A DNA stretch of 64,000 bases. Source: Nitrososphaerota archaeon. Lineage in GTDB: Archaea > Thermoproteota > Nitrososphaeria_A > Caldarchaeales > Calditenuaceae. The translations under genes and the position numbers were made by a program. Below the pieces are notes generated by a model. It worked only from the letters and a program-made list of their open reading frames with translations. It was not told where the DNA came from and did no database searches. The number at the start of each line of letters is the position of its first letter. Position 1 is the stretch's first letter. The stretch covers positions 602,776-666,775 of the forward strand of contig JBEPYO010000001.1 of assembly GCA_041641295.1 (NCBI GenBank). The letters are read 5' to 3'. Of the stretch, positions 46,074-56,081 are shown piece after piece.

Positions 46074-46922
46074 CTAGCTCCTCAGCACGCGGATGGTCTC
46101 CTCGACAATCTTCCCAGCCAAGTCGTAGCCGGTCACCTGCACCGTGTTCCTAAACTCGACGACCGCGTTAACCTCGCTGACAAGGGTCTCACCCTCACGA
46201 GTCTCTAAGAGGTCTATTCCTAGGACCCCTCCACCCATAGCCTCTCCCGCCCGAATAACCAGGTCTACCTGTTCCTCCGTGAGGTTGGCGGGTGCTGCCT
46301 TGCCTCCCAGGGCTGTGTTTGTCTTCCAGCGCTGGCTAATCCTGTAGATGGCTGTGGGGACCTCGCCCCACACGTAGAAGGCCCTGATGTCGCGGCCCGG
46401 CTTCTCCACATACTGCTGGATGTAGTGTATCTTGAAGTGGGGGGAGCTCATAGCTTCTCTGAAGTCCATTATGTCGAGGAGGTCGTCCTCACTCTTGGCT
46501 CGCGCTATCATCCGCCCCCAGCTTCCCATGATTGGCTTGACCACGACAGGGTAGCCGATCTCGCGCGCAGCCATGAGCGCACCCTCCCTGCTGTACGCTA
46601 TCGCTGTCCTCGGAACCTTCACGCCTCTACTCACAAGCCTAGCCGTTGTGACGAGCTTGTCCCCACTATCCCTGATCGTCTCGTAAGAGTTTACGACCCT
46701 TATCCCCCGCGACTCGAGTATCGCGGTGGTGGCCAGGGCCCTGTAGTGGCTCACACACCTCTGGAAGACGAAGTCGACGTCATCGCCCTTACTGTCAGCA
46801 CCTAGGAAGTCTATCTTCTCAGGTATGAAGACTAGCCTCAGTCCTAGGCCACGGCTCCTGATAGCCTCTATAAGCATCCTCTCCTCGTGCCGCAGCAGGT
46901 CGTAGACTAGGCCAATTATCAC
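46074..46922 (-). CDS. lysX: RimK-type ATP-grasp ligase ([LysW]-aminoadipate/glutamate ligase)
   Basis: ATP-grasp motifs. It lies immediately downstream of lysW. Confidence 0.75.
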   Translation of the reverse strand: MIIGLVYDLLRHEERMLIEAIRSRGLGLRLVFIPEKIDFLGADSKGDDVDFVFQRCVSHYRALATTAILESRGIRVVNSYETIRDSGDKLVTTARLVSRGVKVPRTAIAYSREGALMAAREIGYPVVVKPIMGSWGRMIARAKSEDDLLDIMDFREAMSSPHFKIHYIQQYVEKPGRDIRAFYVWGEVPTAIYRISQRWKTNTALGGKAAPANLTEEQVDLVIRAGEAMGGGVLGIDLLETREGETLVSEVNAVVEFRNTVQVTGYDLAGKIVEETIRVLRS

Positions 46923-46926
46923 TACC

Positions 46927-47109
46927 CTACTCTCCCCAGTCCTCCCCCACTTCCTCGGCCAGCCTCAGAGTCCTAGAACCGTTGCTTGTGACTAGTTCGA
47001 GTTGGGCTCCACACTCTTCATGCTCGAAAAGCTCGCCGTCAAGGGCGTCGTCGGGGATTTTGACGGCGCCGAAGCAGACGGGACACTTGAGTTCCGGCAA
47101 TAGGCTCAC
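46927..47109 (-). CDS. lysW: Amino-group carrier protein LysW
   Basis: Zinc-finger CPVC...EHEECG and the diagnostic C-terminal EDWGE. GTG start. Confidence 0.85.
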   Translation of the reverse strand: MSLLPELKCPVCFGAVKIPDDALDGELFEHEECGAQLELVTSNGSRTLRLAEEVGEDWGE

Positions 47110-47161
47110 CTATTCCGTACCTAAGACACCTGAATTCTTATTGATAAACGTATCTCGACTG

Positions 47162-47186
47162 CCGTAACTCGTATTTCCGGTTACGG
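47162..47186. promoter_or_regulatory. Perfect 7-bp inverted repeat CCGTAAC-N11-GTTACGG between the lysZ stop and the lysW start
   Basis: Sequence read directly. It lies in the internal promoter region of the lys/arg cluster. Confidence 0.3.
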
Positions 47187-47216
47187 GTATAGTATCCTCA
47201 AATCCTCTATGCGGCG

Positions 47217-48041
47217 TCAAGTGCTGACCACCGTCCCTCTGCCCGATAAGGCCACTGAGATGGGGTCGTCGCCGAGCCCGCTAGCTATCAACACCCTCTT
47301 TACGCCACCCAGTGCCGCTTCAGAGGCAAGTGCAAGCTTCCTGTTCATACCGGGGCCAATCTTCTTAGCCAGCTCAGACGCCTCGCCGGGAGAGAGCCTC
47401 TCCACAACCTTCCCATCCACAATTACGCCCTCCACGTCGCTGAGAAAGACAAGCATCTCGGCGCCGATCCCTCGAGCTATCCATGAGGCAGCCTGGTCCC
47501 CATCGACATTCAGAATCTCCCCCTCTGTTCCGAGGGCTAGAGGGGCTATTACTGGGAGATACCCTGCCTGCAGTATCTGGGCTATCAGGGATGCATTAAC
47601 CGACCTTATGCTTCCAGTATATCCACCGGGAATTATCCTCTTCCTACCCCGCTCATCCACGATGATTATCTTCTTTTTTCTTTCAGCAACTAGTAGTCCG
47701 CCGTCGACGCCCGAGAGCCCGACCGCCCTGCCACCATACCGCTGAACCGCCGAGACTATCTCCTTGTTTATCTTCCCGGCCATCGCCATCACGTAGACCT
47801 CCAGCTCCCTCTCATCCGTGTATCTGCTCCGGATTCCCGAGGGTGACGTGACTATGGTGGGCGTCACTCCAAGCCTCTTAGAATATTCGGTCACTATGTC
47901 TCCGCCCCCGTGGACGAAGACTATCCCTTCACCACTGCTGCGGGCCAAGCTCTTCGCGATGTTCTCCATATTGCTCTGAAGAGCCCGACCACCTGCCTTA
48001 ACAACAATCACCATACCACGCCCTTCACCCCATCCACTCAC
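47217..48041 (-). CDS. lysZ: Amino-acid kinase family: [LysW]-aminoadipate / acetylglutamate kinase (LysZ/ArgB)
   Basis: VVKAGG and HGGG motifs. Confidence 0.8.
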   Translation of the reverse strand: MSGWGEGRGMVIVVKAGGRALQSNMENIAKSLARSSGEGIVFVHGGGDIVTEYSKRLGVTPTIVTSPSGIRSRYTDERELEVYVMAMAGKINKEIVSAVQRYGGRAVGLSGVDGGLLVAERKKKIIIVDERGRKRIIPGGYTGSIRSVNASLIAQILQAGYLPVIAPLALGTEGEILNVDGDQAASWIARGIGAEMLVFLSDVEGVIVDGKVVERLSPGEASELAKKIGPGMNRKLALASEAALGGVKRVLIASGLGDDPISVALSGRGTVVST

Positions 48042-49093
48042 ACAGGGCTTATGGGCAGCATGTTCAGCCCCTCCCTCTCATCAAGCCCGAGCATAATGTT
48101 CATGCACTGGACCGCCTGGCCTGCAGCCCCCTTCATCAGGTTATCTATGGCAGCGAATAAGGCTGCCCTCCTCCTAGAAGGCTCAACCGCGAACCCCACA
48201 TCGCAGAAGTTGCTTCCAATCACGTATTTCGGGTCCGGATACTTTACTGGGCCGGAGCGGACTATACGTATGAAGGGTTCCTTACCGTAGTGTCTTGCAT
48301 AGGCCCTCCATATGGTGGTCTCGTCTAGAGAGTCTGCGAGCCAGACGTGGGCGGTTGCCAGGGCGCCCCTAACGTTGCCGACCGCGTGGGGGACCATGGC
48401 TATCTGAAGCCTTCTGCCGCAGAGGAGTGAGAGCTCCTGCTCAACCTCCGCCACATGCCTATGCCCTTCCGCCTCGTAAGGTCTGATTACGTTGGCTCTC
48501 TCGGGGTGGTGGGTTCCTTGACTGGGCTGCCGCCCAGCCTCGCTGCTCCCCACTTTAACGTCCACGGCAATGTGCTCTACTTCTATAAGCCCCTCCCTCA
48601 CCGCTGGGGCTAGAGCGAGTATAGCTGCTGTCGCGTTACACCCCGGACAAGCCACTACCCGCGCATTCCTTATCTCGTCCCTGTGAATCTCGGGCAGCCC
48701 ATAAACACTCTCCGACAGCAGTTCAGGGTCTCCGTGCGTAAACCCATACCACTCCTCGTAGAGCCGAGGGTCTCTAAGCCTGAAGTCTGGGCTTAAGTCC
48801 ACAACCCTTAAACCGGCCTCAACCAGCCGCCGAGCCATCGTGTGAGATACGCCCGAAGGGACGCTCAGGAAGACCAGCTCGGCCTCGGAGACTATCTTCT
48901 CCAAGTTGAGTTCGGAGAACTTCATCGTGCCCAATACTGAGCGGAGATTTAGGTGAACAGCTGCTACAGGTTTTCCGGCATACTCGCGTGAGGTAGCTGC
49001 GACGATCTCGACGCGTGGGTGGGTCGCTAGGAGTCTTAAGGCCTCGCCGCCAGTATAGCCGCTCGCACCTATTATCGCAACCCTTGTGGTCAT
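48038..49093 (-). CDS. lysY: N-acetyl-gamma-glutamyl-phosphate / LysW-aminoadipyl-phosphate reductase (LysY/ArgC)
   Basis: VAIIGASGYTG Rossmann motif and an active-site Cys region. Confidence 0.85.
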   Translation of the reverse strand: MTTRVAIIGASGYTGGEALRLLATHPRVEIVAATSREYAGKPVAAVHLNLRSVLGTMKFSELNLEKIVSEAELVFLSVPSGVSHTMARRLVEAGLRVVDLSPDFRLRDPRLYEEWYGFTHGDPELLSESVYGLPEIHRDEIRNARVVACPGCNATAAILALAPAVREGLIEVEHIAVDVKVGSSEAGRQPSQGTHHPERANVIRPYEAEGHRHVAEVEQELSLLCGRRLQIAMVPHAVGNVRGALATAHVWLADSLDETTIWRAYARHYGKEPFIRIVRSGPVKYPDPKYVIGSNFCDVGFAVEPSRRRAALFAAIDNLMKGAAGQAVQCMNIMLGLDEREGLNMLPISPV

Positions 49094-49935
49094 CGCTTCA
49101 TCACCGAGACCACATACTTTGCGAGCTCGTCAGCAACACTTATCCCAGTCGCCTCCATGAACCCCTTAAACTCCGGCACACCATTCACTTCATTCAGATA
49201 GAGTTGCCCGCTGCTCTTATCCTCAAGGATGTCAATTGATATGAACTCGCCGCCGACTGTCTTGGCAGCCTTGATGCTTAGCTCGGCTATCTCGCCATTA
49301 ACCTTGATCGGCTCAGTCTTACCTCCGAGCGCTACATTAGTCCTCCACTCGTCCCCTACGCTCTTCCTAACCACAGCGCCAATCACCTCTCCGCCTATTA
49401 CTATTGTCCTAATATCCCTCCCCCCACTCTCTATGTATTCTTGGACGATGTGTGTTCGCAGCTGCTGGCTCTGCATCATCTGCCTGTGCTCTAGGACGCT
49501 TCTCCAAGTGTTCTTATCCTTCACGAGGGTTACGAGCCTGCCCCAGCTCCCGATGGGGGGCTTATCGACGAAGGGTTTGGGGAAACGCCTATACGCTACT
49601 TCCGCAGACTCCGCTCCCAATACAACCATGCTTCGAGGTATCTTGAGGCCTTGAGCCTTCAGCTTGCTCAGTGTTAGTATTTTATCGCCGCAGAGCATGA
49701 GTGTTGTGGAGCTGTTTATCGCTATTGCGCCTGCCGCCTCCCTGATGGCGGCGGAGTAGAGGGCCTTCTGCATCGAGACAACCCTGACTAGAGCAACCCC
49801 TGCGGCCAGCTCTCCTATCAGCAATGGCATGGTGTTGACGTTGGTTAGCTTGACCTCTACCCCCCTCTGCCTAAAGCTCTCTATCATCAGCTTCTCCTCA
49901 AGCCTCGGCATATCGTAGAGCAGCTCAACCTCCAT
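49090..49935 (-). CDS. argX: Second RimK-type ATP-grasp ligase (ArgX-like, LysW-glutamate ligase)
   Basis: ATP-grasp motifs. It is a paralog of 46074..46922 and the first gene of the cluster. Confidence 0.65.
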   Translation of the reverse strand: MEVELLYDMPRLEEKLMIESFRQRGVEVKLTNVNTMPLLIGELAAGVALVRVVSMQKALYSAAIREAAGAIAINSSTTLMLCGDKILTLSKLKAQGLKIPRSMVVLGAESAEVAYRRFPKPFVDKPPIGSWGRLVTLVKDKNTWRSVLEHRQMMQSQQLRTHIVQEYIESGGRDIRTIVIGGEVIGAVVRKSVGDEWRTNVALGGKTEPIKVNGEIAELSIKAAKTVGGEFISIDILEDKSSGQLYLNEVNGVPEFKGFMEATGISVADELAKYVVSVMKR

Positions 49936-50072
49936 CCCCTTTTCTACACCCTCCCCGCCACGACCATTCCAGCGCTACTGCATGATGATAAGCCTAAATA
50001 AAAACCCATTCCAAAACTAAAGAAAATTAAGAATAAATGGCCTGTTTCTAAAGAATCTACAGGCACACAGGC

Positions 50073-50807
50073 TCACCTAATCAGCGGGAAAATACTAGTG
50101 ACTATGTAGTCGATGAACTCGGACTCGGGCATCTTTGTGAAAGCGGTTACAACAGCATTCCTTGTCAAGCCTATGATCTTCCCACCGGTCCGCGTCGTGT
50201 AGACGATGTACCATATCTTCCCGTGGCTGAGGTATTCTTGGTATAGAGCCGTGTCCATGAGCGAGGGGCCGGCAAGCGCTAGCTTGTCCACACCCGGTAT
50301 GTCGACCTGGTCGAACCAGATCAGCTTTGTCCCCTCTGGGTTGGACTCGTGTATCTGCTGCATGTTCTCTGGGGGGATATAGGCCTCGACGATGCTCTTA
50401 TAGTTGAGGAAGAGGGCGTTTGAGAGTGTGGTTGCTGCAGAGTTTGCGAAGTGCTTCTCCTGGGCTATTGTTAGAAGTATCTTATCACCTCTGTTCCGAA
50501 ACTCCACATAGGCCTCGATCGTCTTCACAATTGGCAGCTGTTTTCCCCTCTGCTTGATTCTGACGAGCTTATCCCTGCTGAATATCCCGGAGATGTAGTC
50601 CTTTCCCGCATGAATGTCCCGAACATCTGTTAGGAGCTCAATCTCCCTATCCTCCTCCTTAACCAGCTGCCTCTCCTTAAACTCGCCCAGCTTGGCCGCT
50701 ATCGTGGCTAGAGAGACCTCCTCCCTAACCTCGAAGATCTTCGCAGTAAGTACCATCGACTCCATGACAGACGGGTTATGGCCGTATTTAAGAGATGATG
50801 AGCACAC
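50073..50807 (-). CDS. Hypothetical protein in a lower-GC region
   Basis: ORF only. Confidence 0.4.
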   Translation of the reverse strand: MCSSSLKYGHNPSVMESMVLTAKIFEVREEVSLATIAAKLGEFKERQLVKEEDREIELLTDVRDIHAGKDYISGIFSRDKLVRIKQRGKQLPIVKTIEAYVEFRNRGDKILLTIAQEKHFANSAATTLSNALFLNYKSIVEAYIPPENMQQIHESNPEGTKLIWFDQVDIPGVDKLALAGPSLMDTALYQEYLSHGKIWYIVYTTRTGGKIIGLTRNAVVTAFTKMPESEFIDYIVTSIFPLIR

Positions 50808-50925
50808 ATGCTCTGCCGCGTTGTCTAGTTGGTTGGATTGTAGGGTAGATATTGAAGTCTATGGGATTGTTTTCGTAGTAGGGTAGGCATCTGTATGAGT
50901 CGAGGCTCCGACCCGGTGCAGCGGG

Positions 50926-52719
50926 GTGGCTGACATCATGCTACGAGTTGCAGTCATAGATCTTGACCACTGCCAGCCAACAAAGTGTGGGACACCGTGC
51001 ATAGCCTTCTGCCCGCCAGTCAGGAATAAGATAGAGGCCATCAAGATGGGTGAGAACGGGTTTCCAATAATCAATGAGGAGCTCTGCATCGGCTGCGGCA
51101 TATGTGTTGCTAAGTGCCCCTTCGAGGCGATAGCCATAGTCAACCTGCCATCGGAGCTCGGAGGCGACCTCATACACCAGTATGGCGTTAACTCGTTTAG
51201 GCTCTATAGGCTGCCCTACGCCGAGCCAGGGACGGTCACAGGGCTTCTCGGGAGAAACGGTATAGGGAAATCCACGGCCCTATCGATTCTGGCTGGGCAG
51301 CTCAAACCCAACCTAGGAAAACTTGAAGACGGGTATGGTTGGGAGGAGGTTGCGAAGAGGTTCCGAGGAACACTGATTCAGGACTACTTCAAAAAGATGT
51401 CAGCCGGTATGCTCCGAGTGACCTACAAGCCGCAGAACATTACTCAAATCCCCCGAGCAGTGAAGGGGAGGGTCCGCGAGGTTCTAACCCGAGTCGCAGG
51501 CTCCAAGCCGATAGACGATGTCGTCAAGAGGCTTGAGTTAGAACACCTCTTGGATAGGGAGGTCTCCGCTCTGAGTGGTGGCGAGCTCCAGCGTCTAGCA
51601 ATCGCGGCGGCCATATTGAGGGGCGGGGACTGCTATATTTTCGACGAGCCCTCCAGCTTCCTAGACGTCAGGCAGAGGGTGAGGGCGGCATCGGCCATTC
51701 GAAGCCTGGTAGGAGAGGGGGCTCGGGTCTTCGTCGCAGACCATGACCTCTCATTCCTAGACTATGTCTCCGACACCATATTCATCTTTTACGGCGAGCC
51801 AGGAGTCTATGGAATAGTCTCAGGCCCCTACAGTCTAAGCGAGGGTGTCAATACTTATCTCGAGGGCTATGCACCGCTTGAGAACGTTAGGTTCAGGAGA
51901 TATGAGATAGCCTTCTCAGCACATAGCCCCCCAGCACCTGACTCTGCCGGAGGGCCGTCCATCTACTGGTATCGGATGACGAAGACGTATGGGTCTTTTA
52001 GACTGGTAGTTGAGGAGGGTAGCGCCAAGATGGGGGAGGTGGTGGGCATAGTGGGGCCGAATGGCATAGGCAAATCCACATTCATCAAGCTTCTAGCAGG
52101 AATCGAGTCGGACGACTCTGGCAACAGGATAGAGTATAGGTCGCTCAGCTACAAGCCCCAGCACCCGGAGCCGAGAGACGAGATAGTAGCCGACGCCTTG
52201 AGGAGGGCGGCTGGAAAGGACTTCGACACAGAGCTCTACCGGTCGGAGCTGCTGAAACCCCTCGGCCTCGACAGGCTCCTAGACAGAAACATGATGGACC
52301 TCAGTGGTGGAGAGCTACAGCGCGTAGCTATTGCTGAGGCACTGTCAAAAGAGGCCGAGATCTATCTCTTAGACGAGCCGAGCGCCTTCCTAGACGTAGA
52401 GGAGAGATACGTTGTTGCGCGGCTCCTCAAGAGGCTGGCCAGGGAGAAGGGCGCCTACATATTCCTGGTGGAGCATGACTTGATGCTGATTGACTTCGCC
52501 GCTACTAGGCTGATGGTTTTCACAGGCCAGCCTGGGATAGAGGGGCATGCCCTACCGCCGATGGGTATGAGGGAGGGGTTCAACAGATTCCTCTCGGAGC
52601 TAGGCATAACATTTAGGCGCGACAGGAAAAGCAATAGGCCCCGCGTAAACAAGCCAGACTCGAGGCTTGACCGCATCCAGAAGGAGATGGGAGAGTACTA
52701 CTATGTTGAGGCGGGGTAG
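50926..52719 (+). CDS. abcE1: ABCE1/RLI ribosome-recycling ATPase (N-terminal 4Fe-4S domain plus two ABC domains)
   Basis: CGTPCIAFCP and CIGCGICVAKCP ferredoxin motifs; two Walker A sites (GRNGIGKST and GPNGIGKST); LSGGELQR signatures. Confidence 0.9.
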   Translation: MADIMLRVAVIDLDHCQPTKCGTPCIAFCPPVRNKIEAIKMGENGFPIINEELCIGCGICVAKCPFEAIAIVNLPSELGGDLIHQYGVNSFRLYRLPYAEPGTVTGLLGRNGIGKSTALSILAGQLKPNLGKLEDGYGWEEVAKRFRGTLIQDYFKKMSAGMLRVTYKPQNITQIPRAVKGRVREVLTRVAGSKPIDDVVKRLELEHLLDREVSALSGGELQRLAIAAAILRGGDCYIFDEPSSFLDVRQRVRAASAIRSLVGEGARVFVADHDLSFLDYVSDTIFIFYGEPGVYGIVSGPYSLSEGVNTYLEGYAPLENVRFRRYEIAFSAHSPPAPDSAGGPSIYWYRMTKTYGSFRLVVEEGSAKMGEVVGIVGPNGIGKSTFIKLLAGIESDDSGNRIEYRSLSYKPQHPEPRDEIVADALRRAAGKDFDTELYRSELLKPLGLDRLLDRNMMDLSGGELQRVAIAEALSKEAEIYLLDEPSAFLDVEERYVVARLLKRLAREKGAYIFLVEHDLMLIDFAATRLMVFTGQPGIEGHALPPMGMREGFNRFLSELGITFRRDRKSNRPRVNKPDSRLDRIQKEMGEYYYVEAG

Positions 52720-52727
52720 GGGCATCC

Positions 52728-53144
52728 TTATCTCTTCAACATTATCTCGTGCCGATTTTCCCAGCTATGCCTGACAGCGGCAGCCACCTCATTACATGCA
52801 ACCAACATTAGGGCTTTCTCAAACTTCCGAAACATCTTAGCAACTTCTCTCTGCTTCATCTTCAAGACCTTCGCAGCCTTATCCAAATCATATCCAATAG
52901 GTGTGGAAAACTGGGATAGGTCGAAGGGCGGCCGCGGCTTGTAGTCTCTGACGCGGTAACATGCCTCAAGCCAAGTGGAAGCCTCCTCCTTCGACGCAAC
53001 ATGCCTATCGCTCCAGAGCCTCAAGACACCGCTCTTCTCCGGCATTAGCTCGCAGACCAGCTCTGTTAAAGCTTCCCAGACTATGAAGCTCCGCCTATCA
53101 GAGAAAGCCACACCCTCATCGATACAGACAATATAGCTCGTCAT
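52728..53144 (-). CDS. Hypothetical protein
   Basis: ORF only. Confidence 0.35.
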   Translation of the reverse strand: MTSYIVCIDEGVAFSDRRSFIVWEALTELVCELMPEKSGVLRLWSDRHVASKEEASTWLEACYRVRDYKPRPPFDLSQFSTPIGYDLDKAAKVLKMKQREVAKMFRKFEKALMLVACNEVAAAVRHSWENRHEIMLKR

Positions 53145-53214
53145 ACCTCCTAGGCCCTAAGCCCTATCCATCCTTAGTTTTTACTTATAGTGTTTCCCAC
53201 TTAACACCAATCTC

Positions 53215-53979
53215 TCAGTTAGTGGACGGTGATTCTCCCAGCCTGCTCCTAAGCCGTCTCAGAAACCGCTCCGTTCTCTCCCTCCTCGGCCGCTCTAGGA
53301 CTTGACGGGCATCACCCTCCTCAACGATCTGACCCTCATCTATGAAGACGACACGGTCTGCCGCCGCCTCGGCAAAGTCCAACTCATGTGTGACGATGAG
53401 CATTGACCTGCCCTGCTTCGCGACTTGGTATAGGGTCTCGACAACCTCGTATCTCAGCTCGGGGTCCAGTGCAGAGGTAGGCTCATCTAGTAGGAGTAGT
53501 TTGGGGTCAATCGCTAGAGCCCTCGCTATAGCGGCTCTCTGCTGCTGGCCACCCGAGAGCTCCAGAGGATACTTTCCGGCTAATTCTCCGAGGCCGAGCA
53601 TGTCAAGAACGGACTTAGCCGTCTCCTCTGCCTCTCGTCTACTCATCCCCTTACTAAGCTCTAGTGGAAGGGCCACATTCCTGATAATGGTCATGTGGGG
53701 AAAAAGGTTGTATTGCTGGAAGACAAACCCTGTATTCGCTCTTATTCTTCTGAGGACCGCCGGGTCAGGGCTCACAGTGAGCCCGTCTATGCGAATCTCC
53801 CCACTCCAAGGCCTCACCAAGTATGGAATACATTTCAGGAGCGTGCTCTTGCCCGAGCCACTCGGGCCGAGAATAACGACTTTCTCGCCCCTCTTGACGC
53901 GCAGGTCTATGCCCCTCAAGACCTCAACCTTCCCATAGCCAGCCCTTAACCCGTTAATTTGCAGCAGCTCCTCGCTCAA
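53215..53979 (-). CDS. Polar amino-acid ABC transporter ATP-binding protein (GlnQ-like)
   Basis: Walker A GPSGSGKST, signature LSGGQQQR, Walker B LLLDEPTSALD. Confidence 0.85.
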   Translation of the reverse strand: MSEELLQINGLRAGYGKVEVLRGIDLRVKRGEKVVILGPSGSGKSTLLKCIPYLVRPWSGEIRIDGLTVSPDPAVLRRIRANTGFVFQQYNLFPHMTIIRNVALPLELSKGMSRREAEETAKSVLDMLGLGELAGKYPLELSGGQQQRAAIARALAIDPKLLLLDEPTSALDPELRYEVVETLYQVAKQGRSMLIVTHELDFAEAAADRVVFIDEGQIVEEGDARQVLERPRRERTERFLRRLRSRLGESPSTN

Positions 53980-54644
53980 ACTAGAGCCCTCTTATAACCG
54001 GGAATAGCATATCGCGTCTCCAGCATCTTAGAAAACTGCGACGTGGGCAGACAGATGGCGAGATAAATCGCAGCGGCCAGCAAGTATATCTCGGGCATAA
54101 ACGTGTAGGAGACCATATACTCGGTCCTTCTAAACAGCTCGGCAACACCAATAATCGAGGCGAGCGACGTATACTTGATGAGGGCTACAAACTCGTTGAC
54201 TAGCGCGGGGGTGGCAACCCGGATTGCCTGCGGAAATATGATGAACCGGTAGGTCTGGACAGTCGTCATCCCAAGCGACTCCGCGGCAAGATACTGCTCC
54301 TCAGGAATACCCTTAATCGCAGAGCGGAGGATCTCGGCCTGATAAGCCGCGCTATTGAGGCCGATCGCTATCACAGAGGCTGTGAAAGCGTCCAGCCTAA
54401 TACCAACCGTGGGAAGACCAAAGTAGATAAAGAATATCTGCACGAGTAGCGGTGTTCCGCGGAAGAACTCGATGTACGAGCGGGAAATAATCGAAAGTGG
54501 CTTAGAGCCAAAAACTCTTGCCGCGGCTAAGACGGCCCCCAGTGCTAAGCCGAGAGCGAAGGAGAGAAGTGTCAGCTGCATCGTTACGGGTATGCCCTCC
54601 AGCAAGTAGGGGAGGATCTGGAACAAAAAACGACTAATGTCCAA
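53976..54644 (-). CDS. Amino-acid ABC transporter permease (HisM/GlnP family)
   Basis: EAA-like loop and polytopic TM. 4-nt overlap with the ATPase gene. Confidence 0.8.
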   Translation of the reverse strand: MDISRFLFQILPYLLEGIPVTMQLTLLSFALGLALGAVLAAARVFGSKPLSIISRSYIEFFRGTPLLVQIFFIYFGLPTVGIRLDAFTASVIAIGLNSAAYQAEILRSAIKGIPEEQYLAAESLGMTTVQTYRFIIFPQAIRVATPALVNEFVALIKYTSLASIIGVAELFRRTEYMVSYTFMPEIYLLAAAIYLAICLPTSQFSKMLETRYAIPGYKRALV

Positions 54645-54657
54645 CTCCTAAAACCGT

Positions 54658-55488
54658 TTATTGCCCAAGCCACTTATTAATTTCTTCCTCGAAGATCCGG
54701 CTCATCTCGCCGCTTGACGTAAGATCTTCTATCACCTTGTTGACGATGTATTTCAGCTCCTCTTCACCCTGTGGGATTCCTATAGCAGCACCGCTTAGAC
54801 TCCCAATCTTCAGGACTACAGCCAGCTCAGGGTCGCGGGATGCAAGCACGGTAGCGATTATGTCTCCCACGATTATCGCGTCGAGGTCTCCCCTCTTTAG
54901 CGTCATGACCATCTCGGGGTAGACCCGGTCATAAGAGACTATGTTAGCCTTTCCCCCCAGGTTCTCCTTGGCCCACTCCTCCTGTATCGTGCCCTGCTGG
55001 ACACCTATGTTTTTGCCGACCAGCGCTGACTCTGAGGTGATTTGAGACGCCTTACTCTTAAGCACCACGACCGCGGCGTCGTATGCCACATAGTATCCCT
55101 TAGAGAAGTCGATCTCTCTTTCACGCTCCGCCGTGTGGTGGAGATCTGCCAAGATAAGGTCGATCTGCCCAGCCTTCAAGGCCTGAATCAAAGCACCAAA
55201 CTTCATGTCGCGGATCTCAAGTTTGACACCGATCTCCCGCGCAATCCTATCAGCAATCACGATGTCTATGCCAGCGAAGTTGCCCTGCGCGTCTATGTAT
55301 TCGAAGGGCGGCCAGTCTGCGCTCGTACCAACTATTAGCACACCTCGACTCTTAATTGTGTCGAGAAGAGACGGCTTGGCCGGTGGAGTCATAAGTGAGG
55401 AGGCTGCATAAAACCCACCGGCACCAATAACAACACCTACAACCAATGCGACTGCAATCCAAACGGCACCAACACTTTTAGCCGCCAT
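54658..55488 (-). CDS. Amino-acid ABC transporter substrate-binding protein
   Basis: N-terminal TM/signal and a type II SBP fold pattern. Confidence 0.75.
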   Translation of the reverse strand: MAAKSVGAVWIAVALVVGVVIGAGGFYAASSLMTPPAKPSLLDTIKSRGVLIVGTSADWPPFEYIDAQGNFAGIDIVIADRIAREIGVKLEIRDMKFGALIQALKAGQIDLILADLHHTAEREREIDFSKGYYVAYDAAVVVLKSKASQITSESALVGKNIGVQQGTIQEEWAKENLGGKANIVSYDRVYPEMVMTLKRGDLDAIIVGDIIATVLASRDPELAVVLKIGSLSGAAIGIPQGEEELKYIVNKVIEDLTSSGEMSRIFEEEINKWLGQ

Positions 55489-55674
55489 GTTCGGTCAAAG
55501 TAAGGAAGTGGCCTGTTTAAAGACTTTTTTATAACACCGCAATACAGGCAGTTTTTACAACTTAAGACAGGCCATTTGGTTGAATTCTTTAAGTGGGGTG
55601 CTGTAGACAATATCTGCGACTCATATTTTTCTACGATAAGAAGATATATATTGAGGGGAAAGGCTGGAATAAGC

Positions 55675-56013
55675 ATGACACGTTATAAGGCCCCCGATCT
55701 TCCAGCCGAGAAGGTTACCCCGGAGCTGGTTAGAGATGAGCTACTGAAGTGTTTTGAGAGCGCCAACAAAGAGTTCATGGAGATCCTCGGCCAGCCCTAT
55801 CAGGACGAGGTCTTAAAGCAGCAGGTCCGCCAATTCCTCGAGGGCGTGTTTAAACAGTGTGGGGTAAGCATCGAGAGGCCGACTAAGGAGGGGCTCTTGA
55901 TGGCGATAGAGGCCTGTAAGGCCAATGCTGAAAAGATGATGGGAGAGAAGGGCGCAGCAGTTATCAGACACCACTATGAAGAAATGATGAAGCTGATTAG
56001 CAAGCTCCGCTAA
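55675..56013 (+). CDS. Hypothetical helical protein. The listed ORF starts at 55576; MTRYKAPDL at 55675 is the more likely start.
   Basis: ORF only. Confidence 0.35.
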   Translation: MTRYKAPDLPAEKVTPELVRDELLKCFESANKEFMEILGQPYQDEVLKQQVRQFLEGVFKQCGVSIERPTKEGLLMAIEACKANAEKMMGEKGAAVIRHHYEEMMKLISKLR

Positions 56014-56081
56014 GACACGCCCTACCTACAAAATAACTAAAAAATTACTGGGTCTTAGGAGACTATCTCTCTTAAACTCTT

